DNA from: Sandaracinaceae bacterium
GTDB taxonomy: Bacteria > Myxococcota_A > Polyangia > Polyangiales > Sandaracinaceae
Assembly: GCA_044220955.1 (NCBI GenBank)
Contig: JBGAQA010000012.1
Location: forward strand, 19,305-83,304
Direction: 5' to 3'
DNA: 64,000 bases
In this document: positions 19,253 to 28,778 of the stretch, piece after piece
Layout of the letters: every line of letters starts with the position of its first letter
Position numbering within the stretch: the stretch's first letter is position 1
Translations under genes and position numbers: made by a program
Notes under the pieces: generated by a model
Seen by the model: only the letters and a program-made list of their open reading frames with translations
Databases searched by the model: none
Told to the model about the DNA's origin: nothing

Positions 19253-20683
19253 GTGGGCGCCACGGGCGCGCGGGCGTCGCTCGCGATCGGAGTCGCGCTC
19301 GCGCTCGTGCCTGCGGCGGCGGCGGCCCAGGGCCCGGGCCTGTTCGCGCAGCGGACCGCGCTCGCCACGTACGACGTGAGCGGGACGCGGACGCTCGACG
19401 TGCTGCGAGCCCTCGGCCCCCTCGCTGCGGGCGGCGGGCCGGACGCGACGGAAGCGAGGTACCTGCGGGCCGTCGCCGGAGCCGACCTGCACGTGATCGC
19501 GCTCGCGTCCGAAGACACGGCGCTCGACGGACGCCTCGCGGACGCGCTGGGCGTGCCAGCGGGCGGGCTCGCGGCGGAGCTCCAGTCGGAGCTGGGCGCG
19601 GTCGAGACGGGGCTCTACCGGCGCGTCGTACGCGAGGAGCGGGCCATCCTGACCGAGGCCGAGCGCATCGCGGGTGGCGAGGTTCGCGTGACCGGCAGCG
19701 GCGGCCGGAGCGCAGCCCTCTTCGTGCTCGGAGTCGCCCGCGCGACGCGATCGCGCGATGCGCTCGCGGCGATCCACACGTCGGCCGCGGCCGCCTCGCG
19801 CCCAGGGTGGCTCGTCGGCCCCGATGCCGGGCTCGAGGCGCCCATCCAGGCGGCCCTGCGCGCGGAGGCGATCGCGGCGCGCGCCGCGGCGGACGGCGAT
19901 CCGCTGGTCGTCGCCCTCGCCGGCGCGCTGGCGAGCGCCCACGCGTCGCTGCTCGCCCTCGAGCTGCGCGTCCCGCCCTCGGTGGCGAGCGAGGCCGGGC
20001 TCGTGCTCGCGACCGGAGAGGCGACCGGAGGTCCGCTGCCGGACGTGCTCGTCGTGGTCGAGGCGACGCGTGTGTTCGTGGCTTGCGCGGCGCGCGCCCA
20101 CGTCACGAGCGCCACCGAGATCTCGGTCAGCTCGGTGAGCCCTGGCTGCCCTGCGCCCTCGACCGTGCACGCGTTCGCGCTGCCCGCGGCGCTGCCGGCG
20201 GTCCCGCAGCCGATCGACGCGCTCGTCGAGGCATTCGGTAGCCTGGCCCTCCCGACCGGGACGTCGACCGCGATCGCGACGACGGAGGCTGCGCCGATGC
20301 ACCTGCTCACGCGGGTGCTCCGCTCGATGGCGCGCGCGAGCCTGACGCCGACCCTGTTCGCGCTCGCGGCTCCCGACGGCACGCTCGGCACCTCGCCGCT
20401 CGTGCTCGCGACGAGCGCCGACACGCCCCCGATCACGGTGCACATCCGGCTCGGCGGCTTCGCCGTGGCGCGTGCGCACGGGCGCGACGGCACCATCCCC
20501 CGGATCCGCGGGACCAGCGGTCTCGAGCCCGATCACGCGGGCCTGGCCGCCATGGCTCGGGCCGAGGCGAGCGGCGCGGCGGTGGCGCTCGACGCGATGG
20601 GCACCGTCCCGGCGGCCGAGCTCATCCGCGCGACGCGGGTGCTGGCGTCTTCGGGCGCGCGCGTCACGCTCGCGCTGCCGTGA
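19253..20683 (+). CDS. Exported hypothetical protein with possible ExbD-like C-terminal domains
   Basis: Signal peptide ending AAAAQ; starts 1 nt after upstream stop; ITVHI...VALDAMGTVPAAELI resembles ExbD periplasmic fold. Confidence 0.5.
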   Translation: MGATGARASLAIGVALALVPAAAAAQGPGLFAQRTALATYDVSGTRTLDVLRALGPLAAGGGPDATEARYLRAVAGADLHVIALASEDTALDGRLADALGVPAGGLAAELQSELGAVETGLYRRVVREERAILTEAERIAGGEVRVTGSGGRSAALFVLGVARATRSRDALAAIHTSAAAASRPGWLVGPDAGLEAPIQAALRAEAIAARAAADGDPLVVALAGALASAHASLLALELRVPPSVASEAGLVLATGEATGGPLPDVLVVVEATRVFVACAARAHVTSATEISVSSVSPGCPAPSTVHAFALPAALPAVPQPIDALVEAFGSLALPTGTSTAIATTEAAPMHLLTRVLRSMARASLTPTLFALAAPDGTLGTSPLVLATSADTPPITVHIRLGGFAVARAHGRDGTIPRIRGTSGLEPDHAGLAAMARAEASGAAVALDAMGTVPAAELIRATRVLASSGARVTLALP

Positions 20684-21570
20684 CGATCGCCGACCACCTG
20701 CTCCCACCCATCCCCGAGGCTCCCGCCGATCGCCGAGGGGAGGCCACGCTGCCGCTGCGCTACGAGGACGTCTCCCAGGACGGGCGCCTCTCCTGCCGCG
20801 CGATGACCCACGCGCTCGGGCCGACGCTCTGGGAGAAGGTCCTGCTCGCGCATCCGGTCACCGTCCCGCTCCGCGACGACGGCATCGTGCCGATCCTCTC
20901 GCGGCTCGCGGTCGTCGCGGGCGGCGGGCCGATCGGCTTCGGGGCGCGCCCGCGCACGCGCGGCGCCTTCGTGCTGGTGCGCGCCACGGACGGGGCCGGG
21001 CGACCGCGGTTCCGCATGGACATGGGCGTGGAGATCGAGGGAGTCGTCGGGCGCACGCACGGCCCGCCGCCGCCCGACGCGGGCAAGCCCATCCCGCTCG
21101 GTCGTGTGCATGCGGAGCACGTGCTCACGCGACCTTTCGGCGCGCCCGAGCGACGCCGTGTGGACGCGCTGCCCGCGGCGATCGCGATCGGCGGCGAGGC
21201 GCCGTGGCGCGAGCCCGAGTCCGCGCTCGACCTGCCCGACGGCGCCCGCTGGCTCGACGCCGATTTCGTGTCCGACGCCAACGTGATCACGCTCGGCCTC
21301 GGCCACACCGACTCGAACCAGCACGTCAACTCGCTCGTCTACCCGCTCGCCATCGAGGAGGCCGCGCTCCGCCACGCATCGCGGCCGCGCACGGCGCGCT
21401 TCTGCCACCACGTCGACCTCGCGTTCCGCAAGCCCTTCTTCGAGGGACAGCGCCTCGGCGTCTCGATTCGCGCCTACGAGCGAGGCGCGGCGTTCGGCGT
21501 GGCTGCCCGCTGCATCGAGGCCGCGAGCGGTGAGACCCGCACCTTCGGCCGCCTCGAGCTCACCCCCTAG
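20680..21570 (+). CDS. Acyl-ACP thioesterase-like hot-dog fold protein
   Basis: LRYEDVSQDG and TDSNQHVNSLVY motifs; GTGA overlap. Confidence 0.72.
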   Translation: MTIADHLLPPIPEAPADRRGEATLPLRYEDVSQDGRLSCRAMTHALGPTLWEKVLLAHPVTVPLRDDGIVPILSRLAVVAGGGPIGFGARPRTRGAFVLVRATDGAGRPRFRMDMGVEIEGVVGRTHGPPPPDAGKPIPLGRVHAEHVLTRPFGAPERRRVDALPAAIAIGGEAPWREPESALDLPDGARWLDADFVSDANVITLGLGHTDSNQHVNSLVYPLAIEEAALRHASRPRTARFCHHVDLAFRKPFFEGQRLGVSIRAYERGAAFGVAARCIEAASGETRTFGRLELTP

Positions 21571-21601
21571 CGCGGTAGCGCGGGGTCTAGCGCGGTAGCG
21601 C

Positions 21602-21764
21602 GGGGTCACTCCAGGGGGTCCCAAGTACGCGGTTTCCCAGCGATCCGGCGGCTAGGTGCGCGTTTCGCACAATCTCGGCCGCGGAATGCGGGATCCGACG
21701 AATCGCGCACCTTGCCGCCGCATCACAATGAAATCAGGTGGTTGGGACCCCGTGGAGTGACCCC
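21602..21764 (+). mobile_element. 163-bp palindromic intergenic element, copy B
   Basis: Same terminal IR, extended by GGGGTCCCAA/TTGGGACCCC, and same inner IR; between convergent genes. Confidence 0.85.
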
Positions 21765-21800
21765 GCCGTCCGACCCCGCCGTCCGCCGCCGCCGTCCCCG

Positions 21801-22655
21801 CTACTGGCTCAGCTGATCCCGCAGCGCCTCGAGGATCACCGGCCTCCACCACCGCCAGCCGTGCTCGCCTTCGAACTCCTGGTGCGCGTGCGGGACGCCG
21901 TGCGCCTCGAGGTGCGCGTGCAGCGCTGCCGACCCCTCGCGCACGTCGCCCCGATCGCGGCTGCCCCACGCGATCGCGAGCCGCGCGCCGTGGAGCGCAC
22001 GAGCGTCGGTCCACACCACGTAAGGATCGTCGGCCTCGATGCGCGAGCGCGGACGGGGCGGGCCGAAGACGTGCTGGGTCGGGATGATGATGTTGTTCAG
22101 CGGGTCGTTGATGAAGGCGATCCGGCGATCCGTGTCGTAGGCGGGCCCGCTGATCGCGGTGATCGACGCGAACGTGCCCGGGCGATGGATGGCGATGCGC
22201 AGCGCGCCCTCGGCACCCATCGACACGCCCATGAGGTGGCAGTCCCCGGGGCAGTCGGCGGTGTGGAGCTGCTGGGCGACGCGCGGGACGAGCTCGTCCA
22301 TCACCCAGTCCTCGTAGCGGCGCGAGCCGTCGTACCAGTTCGCCCAGAAGCCGAGGTCGCCCTCGGGCACGAGGATCACCGCGCGCGGCAGCTCGCCGCG
22401 CTCCATGCCGCCCTGGATCTCGAGGCCGAGGCCCGAGCGATCGAGGCAGTCGGGGCCGTCACCTCCGCCGTGCAGGAACACGACGAGCGGCAAGTGCTCG
22501 CCCTCGCGCAGGTCGCCCGGCACGTAGACCGCGTACTGCATCCAGACGCCGCGCATCGCGTGGCTCGGCACCGTCGCGTACGTGAGCGCGCGGGGGAAGG
22601 TGTCGCACCCCGCGAGCAGCGAGATCCAGAGCAGGGCGACGATGCGAGCGGCCAT
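21801..22655 (-). CDS. Alpha/beta-hydrolase esterase (lipoprotein)
   Basis: LLAGC lipobox, FLHGGG, GVSMG nucleophile elbow, GEHGW. Confidence 0.88.
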   Translation of the reverse strand: MAARIVALLWISLLAGCDTFPRALTYATVPSHAMRGVWMQYAVYVPGDLREGEHLPLVVFLHGGGDGPDCLDRSGLGLEIQGGMERGELPRAVILVPEGDLGFWANWYDGSRRYEDWVMDELVPRVAQQLHTADCPGDCHLMGVSMGAEGALRIAIHRPGTFASITAISGPAYDTDRRIAFINDPLNNIIIPTQHVFGPPRPRSRIEADDPYVVWTDARALHGARLAIAWGSRDRGDVREGSAALHAHLEAHGVPHAHQEFEGEHGWRWWRPVILEALRDQLSQ

Positions 22656-22744
22656 TGCGCCGCCAGGATACCCGCGCCGTGGACGTTCTGTGAACACGCG
22701 CCGCGCCCCTCCCGTGCTCGGCGCCGCCGCGGTACCGTCCTGCG

Positions 22745-23743
22745 ATGCGTCGCGCCGCCCTCGCTCTGGTCGCCCTCGCCTCGGCCTGTCTCGTCCCACC
22801 CGATGCACCCACCCACGCGCAGGAGGCGCGCACCCTCGGCATCGCCACGCTCGCGCCGGCCGGCTCGGTGATGGCGCGCGGGCTGGATGCGTGGAACCGC
22901 GAGCTGCGCAGCCGCACCGGCGGGACGCTCCAGTTCCGCTTCTACACGGGCGGCGTGCAGGGCGACGACGCCGAGGTCGTCCAGAAGATCCGCACCGGTC
23001 GCCTGGACGGCGGCACGGTCACGGCGACCGGGCTGGCCGCGATCCACCGACCCGCGCTCATCTTCCAGCTCCCCGGCATGTTCCTCGACTATGCGCAGCT
23101 CGACGCCGCGCGCGCCGCGCTCGGCCCCGAGATCGATCGCGGCATCGTCGGCGCAGGCTTCCGGATGCTCGGGTGGGCCGACGTCGGGCACGCGCGCCTC
23201 TTCTCGTCGCAGCCGGTGCGGAGCCCGGAAGATCTCCACGGCCGGCGGGTGTGGGTGCGCGCGGACGACGCCATCCTTCCGGCCTTCGCCACGCGCGCGG
23301 GCGCGACGCCCGTCGAGCTGGGCGTGCCCGAGGTGCTCGGCGGCCTGAGCACCGGCCGCGTCGACACCTTCCTCGCCCCGCCGATCGTGGCGATCGCGCT
23401 CCAGTGGACCTCGCACGTCGCGTACGTGAACGAGATCCCGATGTCGATCGTGATCGGCGGCACGGTGCTCAGCGAGGCGAGGTTCGCCGAGCTGACGCCC
23501 GAGCAGCAGACGGCGCTGACCGAGACGGGCGAGCAGTTCCACCGGCTCGCCCGGCGCACCTCCCGACGTCACGAGCAGGAGTCCGTCGACGCGCTCGCCT
23601 CGCACGGCATCTCGGTCGTGGAGACGAACTACGCGGCGATCGAGGCGTGGCGGCGCGTGGGCCGCGAGATCCGGCAGGACGTCGCCGCGCAGATCGCGAG
23701 CCCGGACCTCGTCGCGCGGGCGGCGGCGTTCGGCGAGCGCTGA
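22745..23743 (+). CDS. TRAP transporter substrate-binding protein (DctP family)
   Basis: IATLAPAGS, FYTGGVQGDD...KIRTGRLDG, GLSTGRVD. Confidence 0.88.
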   Translation: MRRAALALVALASACLVPPDAPTHAQEARTLGIATLAPAGSVMARGLDAWNRELRSRTGGTLQFRFYTGGVQGDDAEVVQKIRTGRLDGGTVTATGLAAIHRPALIFQLPGMFLDYAQLDAARAALGPEIDRGIVGAGFRMLGWADVGHARLFSSQPVRSPEDLHGRRVWVRADDAILPAFATRAGATPVELGVPEVLGGLSTGRVDTFLAPPIVAIALQWTSHVAYVNEIPMSIVIGGTVLSEARFAELTPEQQTALTETGEQFHRLARRTSRRHEQESVDALASHGISVVETNYAAIEAWRRVGREIRQDVAAQIASPDLVARAAAFGER

Positions 23744-23756
23744 GCGGCTCTCGCTC

Positions 23757-24809
23757 TCACCCCATCCCCGCCGCGACCATCCTCCTCGCGAAGTCCGCCA
23801 GGTCGAGCTCGCGGCTCGCCCTCGCCGCCGCCGCCGCGCCCATCGCCGCACGCCGCGCCGGGTCCGACGCCAGCGCCCGGATCGCCTCGCCCATCGCCGC
23901 CGCATCGCCGAGCGGCGTGAGCACCGCCTCGCGATCCGGCGCCGCGTAGGTCCGCGCGAAGCGCACGTCGCTCATCACGACCGCCTTCCCGAGGCCCATC
24001 GCCAAGACGAGCGTGCCGATCCCCGCGAGCGTGTCGTGCGCGAGCGGGATCGCGACGACGTCGCACACGCTCATCGCATCGCGAAAGCGATGAAGCGGCA
24101 GGCGGGGCACGACCGTCGCCCCGACGAGCGGGACCGGGCGCTCGGTCACGCAGCATGCCTCCACGGGCACGTCGGCCAGCGCGCGAGCGAAGAGATCGTA
24201 GTCGCGCGCGCTGTTGCCGCCGGCGAACACGCGCACGCGCCCGCCCTCGAGCGGGAGACTGCGGCTCGACCAGAGCCAGCGGGCGTTGCACCAGCGGTCG
24301 ACGTGGACGTTCGTCTGAGGGATCCCGGCCGCGACGAAGCGGTTGCCGTGCGTGCCGAGCGAGCGGAACGTGAACACGTGCATCGGACGCGCCGCCGCGA
24401 TCCGTGCGAACGCCCGCTGCGCGTCCGGCGCGGCCCCGAGATCCGTCTCGAGGTGGCGGTCCCAGAGCACCCACGGGGCCTCGCCCCGCGGACGGCTCGC
24501 GTGGAGCGACGCGAGCTCGCTCGCCCGGGCGCTGGCGAGCACCACGCGCGCGGCGCTGGCCTCGATCCCCGCGAGCGCCGACGCTGCACCCGCGTGCCGC
24601 GTCAGCCGGATCGCCGGATCGACCGGCAGCGGCGGCGCCTCGCGCCCCAGCTCGCCCGCGAGGTCCGCGCCCGGCCGCGCCACCACGTGCAGCTCCACGC
24701 CGAGCCCGCGCTCCCGGCACGCGAGCGCGATCGCGCGTGCCCACATCTCGCCGTAGACGAAGTCGTCGACGTCGGTCGTGAGGACCAGCGCGCGCTCCAT
24801 CGCGATCAC
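23757..24809 (-). CDS. GT-B (family 4-like) glycosyltransferase
   Basis: AGGNSARDY, DVVAIP, AMGLGKAVV, TPLGDAAAM; GTGA overlap with mlaF. Confidence 0.75.
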   Translation of the reverse strand: MIAMERALVLTTDVDDFVYGEMWARAIALACRERGLGVELHVVARPGADLAGELGREAPPLPVDPAIRLTRHAGAASALAGIEASAARVVLASARASELASLHASRPRGEAPWVLWDRHLETDLGAAPDAQRAFARIAAARPMHVFTFRSLGTHGNRFVAAGIPQTNVHVDRWCNARWLWSSRSLPLEGGRVRVFAGGNSARDYDLFARALADVPVEACCVTERPVPLVGATVVPRLPLHRFRDAMSVCDVVAIPLAHDTLAGIGTLVLAMGLGKAVVMSDVRFARTYAAPDREAVLTPLGDAAAMGEAIRALASDPARRAAMGAAAAARASRELDLADFARRMVAAGMG

Positions 24810-25597
24810 CCGCTCGTGTGCACGCCGGAGGCGCCGAGGAAGTCGACGACGACCGGGTTCTTCGAGCGCAGGATCTCCTCGGGCGCGCAGCTCTCCTCGA
24901 TCCTGCCCTTGTAGAGCATGTTCACGTGGTGCCCGATCTTGAACACGCTCGCCATGTCGTGCGTGATCACGAGGCTGGTCACGCCGAACTTCGCGCTCGT
25001 CTCCGCGATCAGATCGTCGACGAGGCGCGAGCTCACCGGATCGAGCCCGCTCGTCGGCTCGTCGTACACGAGGATCTCCGGCTCGAGGACGAGCGCCCGC
25101 GCGAGCGCGACGCGCTTCTGCATGCCGCCCGACACCTGCCCCGGCAGGCGCGGCGCCGCGTGCGCCACGTTGAGATCGGTCAGCCGCTGCATCACGCGCT
25201 CGTGGACCTCGCGGCGGCTCATCTTGGTGTGCTCACGCAGCGGGAAGGCGACGTTGTCGAAGCAGGACATCGAGTCGAACAAGGCGCCGAACTGGAAGAC
25301 CATCCCGAGCTTCTTGCGGATGGGCACGAGCTTCCAGTCGTCGAGCGGGACGATGTCGACGCCGTCGAGGACGATCTTGCCCGCGTCGGGCCGCTCGAGC
25401 CGCAGGAGCTGCCGCGTGAGCACGCTCTTGCCCGCGCCCGAGCCGCCGATGACCACGTTGATGCGGCCCCGGAAGATGTCGAACGTGACGCCGCGCAGGA
25501 CGGGCGTGCCGTCGTAGGCCTTCTCGAGCCCCTCCACGCGGACGTGGATCGGATCCTCGGGGGCCGCGTCCTTCTTCTCCGCCACCGGGGTCGCCAT
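24806..25597 (-). CDS. mlaF: MlaF/Mkl-type ABC ATPase
   Basis: GGSGAGKS, FQFGALFDS, SGGMQKR, YDEPTSGLDP, ITHD. Confidence 0.9.
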   Translation of the reverse strand: MATPVAEKKDAAPEDPIHVRVEGLEKAYDGTPVLRGVTFDIFRGRINVVIGGSGAGKSVLTRQLLRLERPDAGKIVLDGVDIVPLDDWKLVPIRKKLGMVFQFGALFDSMSCFDNVAFPLREHTKMSRREVHERVMQRLTDLNVAHAAPRLPGQVSGGMQKRVALARALVLEPEILVYDEPTSGLDPVSSRLVDDLIAETSAKFGVTSLVITHDMASVFKIGHHVNMLYKGRIEESCAPEEILRSKNPVVVDFLGASGVHTSG

Positions 25598-25599
25598 CC

Positions 25600-26451
25600 T
25601 CAACCGACGAAGAAGGTGCTCGTGATGAAGTAGTCGAGCACGAGGATCGCGACCGCGCTCTGCACGACGGCGCGGTTCGTCGCGCGCCCGACGCCCTCGG
25701 CGCCACCGGTGGCGTAGTACCCCTGCCGGCACGCGATGATGGTCAGGGTGAAGCCGAAGACGGCTGCCTTGAACAGCCCCTGCCAGAGGTCGATGCGATC
25801 GACGAACCATCGAACCCGCTCGAGGAAGATGCCGCCGTCGAGACCGTCGATCTGCACGGCGACCGTGTACGCCCCGGCGATGCCGATCAGATCGAAGAGC
25901 AGCGCCATGACCGGGACCATGAGGATGCCGGCCAGCACGCGCGGCACGACGAGGTACTGCACGGGGCTCACGCTCATCGTGGTGAGGGCGTCGATCTGCG
26001 ACGACACGCGCATCGAGCCGAGCTCGGTCGCGATGGAGCTGCCCGCGCGGGCGCTCACCATCAGCGCGGCGAACACGGGCGCGAGCTCGCGGGCGAGCGC
26101 GACGCCGATCACGGAGCCCGTCTGGTTCTCCGCGCCGAAGCGCCGGAAGCCGTCCACGAGCTGGAGCGAGAACACGGAGCCGACCGAGGCCCCGGTGAGC
26201 CCGACGATCGCGATGGACTGCACGCCGATGAACTCCATCGCGTCGAGCAGTCGATAGAGCCGATACGGCGGGCGGATCGCCCAGAGCACCGTCTCGAAGG
26301 TGAGGCGGCCCAGCGTCCCGACCTCGGCGAAGAGGGCGAGCGGGAACGCCACGAGCCAGTCGAAGATCGCGGCGAGGCGCGCGAGCACGGGGTTCGGCTC
26401 GCGAGGGGCCGGCTCGGCCACGGGCTCCTTCGGCGACGACGTCTCGGCCAC
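25600..26451 (-). CDS. mlaE: MlaE family ABC permease
   Basis: RELAPV...ARAGSSIATELGSM...QIDAL, GGAEGVGRAT. Confidence 0.93.
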   Translation of the reverse strand: MAETSSPKEPVAEPAPREPNPVLARLAAIFDWLVAFPLALFAEVGTLGRLTFETVLWAIRPPYRLYRLLDAMEFIGVQSIAIVGLTGASVGSVFSLQLVDGFRRFGAENQTGSVIGVALARELAPVFAALMVSARAGSSIATELGSMRVSSQIDALTTMSVSPVQYLVVPRVLAGILMVPVMALLFDLIGIAGAYTVAVQIDGLDGGIFLERVRWFVDRIDLWQGLFKAAVFGFTLTIIACRQGYYATGGAEGVGRATNRAVVQSAVAILVLDYFITSTFFVG

Positions 26452-26495
26452 GCGCCAGGACTATAGCCGCGTGGAATGGTTCGCGAAACGCAGCG

Positions 26496-27668
26496 CTACG
26501 GGCCGTGGTACGTCCGCGGTACGCGGCGCGACACGGCCGTGAGGACGTCGTAGGCGATGGTCCCGGAGGTGGCGGCGACCTCGTCAGCGCTGATCACCTC
26601 GCCGCCCTGCGCGCCGAGCACGACGACCTCGTCGCCCTGCGCGCAGGCGAGGACGCGGCTCACGTCGAGCATGGTGAGGTCCATCGACACGCGGCCCACG
26701 ATCGGACAGCGCACGCCGCGCACGAGCATGACGCCCCGGTTGCTCAGCTGACGCGGAAGGCCGTCGCCGTAGCCGATCGGCACGGTGGCGACCCGCGTCG
26801 CGCGCGCGGCCGTGAACGTGCCGTCATAGCCCACGCGCGTGCCGGCCTCGATGTCGCGGAGCGCGATCACCTCGGTGCGGATCCGCATCGCGCCGCGAAG
26901 CTCACGCGCCTCGGGCACGCCCATGCCGATGCCGAAGAGCGCGCCGCCCGGCCGCACCATGTCGAAGCGTGACGCGGGCCGACCGAGCGTGGCCGCCGTG
27001 TTGGCGACGTGAAGCGTGCCGGGCGTGTGGCCCGCGGCGAACACGAGCGCGCGGGCCTCGTCGAAGAGCCCGAGCTGCAGGGCCGTCGCATCCGCGTCGG
27101 TGTCGGCGCTCGCGAGGTGCGTCATCAGCCCCGAGAGAACGCAGCGCGGGAAGCGCGCGAGGCCCCCGAGGAAGCGCGGGAGCTCGCGCAGCGGCACGCC
27201 GAGGCGCGCCATCCCCGTGTCCACCTTGAGGTGCACGCGGTACGGGCGGTCCGGCGCGGCGCGATCGAACGCCTCGACCTGCGAGAGATCGTAGACGACG
27301 GGCGTGAGCCCGGCCTCGAGGACGTCGCGGTGCGCGCCGCCGTACACGCCGTTGAGCACCAGCACCGGCGCCCGGATGCCGGCCTCGCGCAGCTCGAGGC
27401 CCTCCTCCGCGAGCGCGACCCCGAAGCCGTCCACGCCCTCCTCCTCGAGCCGGAGGGCGACGGGCACCACGCCGTGCCCGTAGGCGTCGGCCTTCACGAC
27501 GGCGAGCACGCGGGCCGGCGCGGCGAAGCTGCGCACGACCGAGAGGTTGTGCGCGATCGCCGCGAGGTCGATCTCGGCGCGCGTCGGCCGCATCGACTCG
27601 TCGGCGAGCTCGATGCGCGAGCGGAACGTCAGCGTGTGCTCGGGGCGTCGCAAGGCGGCGTGGGTCAT
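26496..27668 (-). CDS. alr: Alanine racemase
   Basis: AVVKADAYGHG, HLKVDTGMARLG, GYGDG, GRVSMD, GTIAY; start uncertain. Confidence 0.96.
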   Translation of the reverse strand: MTHAALRRPEHTLTFRSRIELADESMRPTRAEIDLAAIAHNLSVVRSFAAPARVLAVVKADAYGHGVVPVALRLEEEGVDGFGVALAEEGLELREAGIRAPVLVLNGVYGGAHRDVLEAGLTPVVYDLSQVEAFDRAAPDRPYRVHLKVDTGMARLGVPLRELPRFLGGLARFPRCVLSGLMTHLASADTDADATALQLGLFDEARALVFAAGHTPGTLHVANTAATLGRPASRFDMVRPGGALFGIGMGVPEARELRGAMRIRTEVIALRDIEAGTRVGYDGTFTAARATRVATVPIGYGDGLPRQLSNRGVMLVRGVRCPIVGRVSMDLTMLDVSRVLACAQGDEVVVLGAQGGEVISADEVAATSGTIAYDVLTAVSRRVPRTYHGP

Positions 27669-27726
27669 GCGTACCACGAGAACGCACGACCCCGCGCGCG
27701 ACCTTCCCGAGCGCGCCCGCGCCGCG

Positions 27727-28626
27727 TCAGCGACTCCCTTCGGGCAGCGGAGGCACCGTCTGCAGGTACATCCAGATCGCGCCGATCTCGTCGTCGGTCA
27801 GGCGGCCGATGGCCGGATACGGCATCTGCGTGGCCGAGATCTGCTCGCCGCCGGGACGCCGGCCCTCGCGGAGCACGGTGCGGAACTGCTCCTCGGTCCA
27901 GCCGCGCAGGCCGGTCTCGTGCTGGGTGAGGTTGAGCGGCGTCCCGAGCTCGGGGGGCGCGCCCGGGATGGGACCGCCCGAGAAGTGATCGCCGTGACAG
28001 CCGCTGCAGAGCCGCGCCAGGTAGGCGCCGAACTCCACGTTCCGTCCGGGCGCCGGGTCGGGATCGCTGACGTGGGCGTGGTCGATCGCGCTGGCCGGGA
28101 ATAGACAGAAGCCGCCAGCGAGGTCCACGACGCGCGCGATCATCCCGGGCTCGCAGGCCGGCTGGGCGTCGCTCACGAGCGGCAGCGATCGGACGTAGGC
28201 GACGATGAGGCCCAGCTCGTGGTCGCTCATGTCCTCGAAGTCCCGCGACGGCATGAAGATCAGCGAGCGCCCGTCGGAGCGGAGGCCGTGGCGCACGGCC
28301 CGATCCCAGTCGGCAGGCTGGAAGCCCTGCGCGGCGATGGTGAGGTTCGCGGCGGCGATCGTGCCGAGCGGGCCGCCTTGCATCATCACGTGCCCCGCTC
28401 CGTCGGCCCCGTGGCAGTCGGCGCCGCCGCAGCCGCGCGAGACGAAGAGCCGCTCGCCTTCGGCCAGCGACGCTGGGTCGGAAGGGATCTCGAACGTCGC
28501 ACCGTCGACGTCGTAGTGCCGGTTCTGCTTGCTGACGCTCGTGCCGTACACGGCCCCGACCAAGAGGAACATCAGCCCGACGATGCTCAGGAGCCCGATC
28601 CCAAGGCGCTTGCCCCACTTCTTCAT
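27727..28626 (-). CDS. Membrane-anchored diheme cytochrome c
   Basis: N-terminal TM; CGGADCH and CSGCH heme motifs; NLT and MP ligand motifs in both domains. Confidence 0.88.
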   Translation of the reverse strand: MKKWGKRLGIGLLSIVGLMFLLVGAVYGTSVSKQNRHYDVDGATFEIPSDPASLAEGERLFVSRGCGGADCHGADGAGHVMMQGGPLGTIAAANLTIAAQGFQPADWDRAVRHGLRSDGRSLIFMPSRDFEDMSDHELGLIVAYVRSLPLVSDAQPACEPGMIARVVDLAGGFCLFPASAIDHAHVSDPDPAPGRNVEFGAYLARLCSGCHGDHFSGGPIPGAPPELGTPLNLTQHETGLRGWTEEQFRTVLREGRRPGGEQISATQMPYPAIGRLTDDEIGAIWMYLQTVPPLPEGSR

Positions 28627-28778
28627 TGCACGACCCTCCCTCGCCGCGCCCCCGAGCACTGCGCGTGCCCGCCGCGGAACGCGCGAATTTAGCGAGTTTT
28701 CGAAGCCGGCGATCGGAAATCCGACGCCAGGGTCCGGACGAGCGGACGCGCGCGGGCGATCGGTGTAGCGTTCGGCGC

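Noticed and set aside
21602..21764. Mini-CRISPR (33-nt spacers between conserved motifs)
   Set aside because: Motifs are inverted rather than direct, the 33-nt segments are homologous between copies, and there are no cas genes
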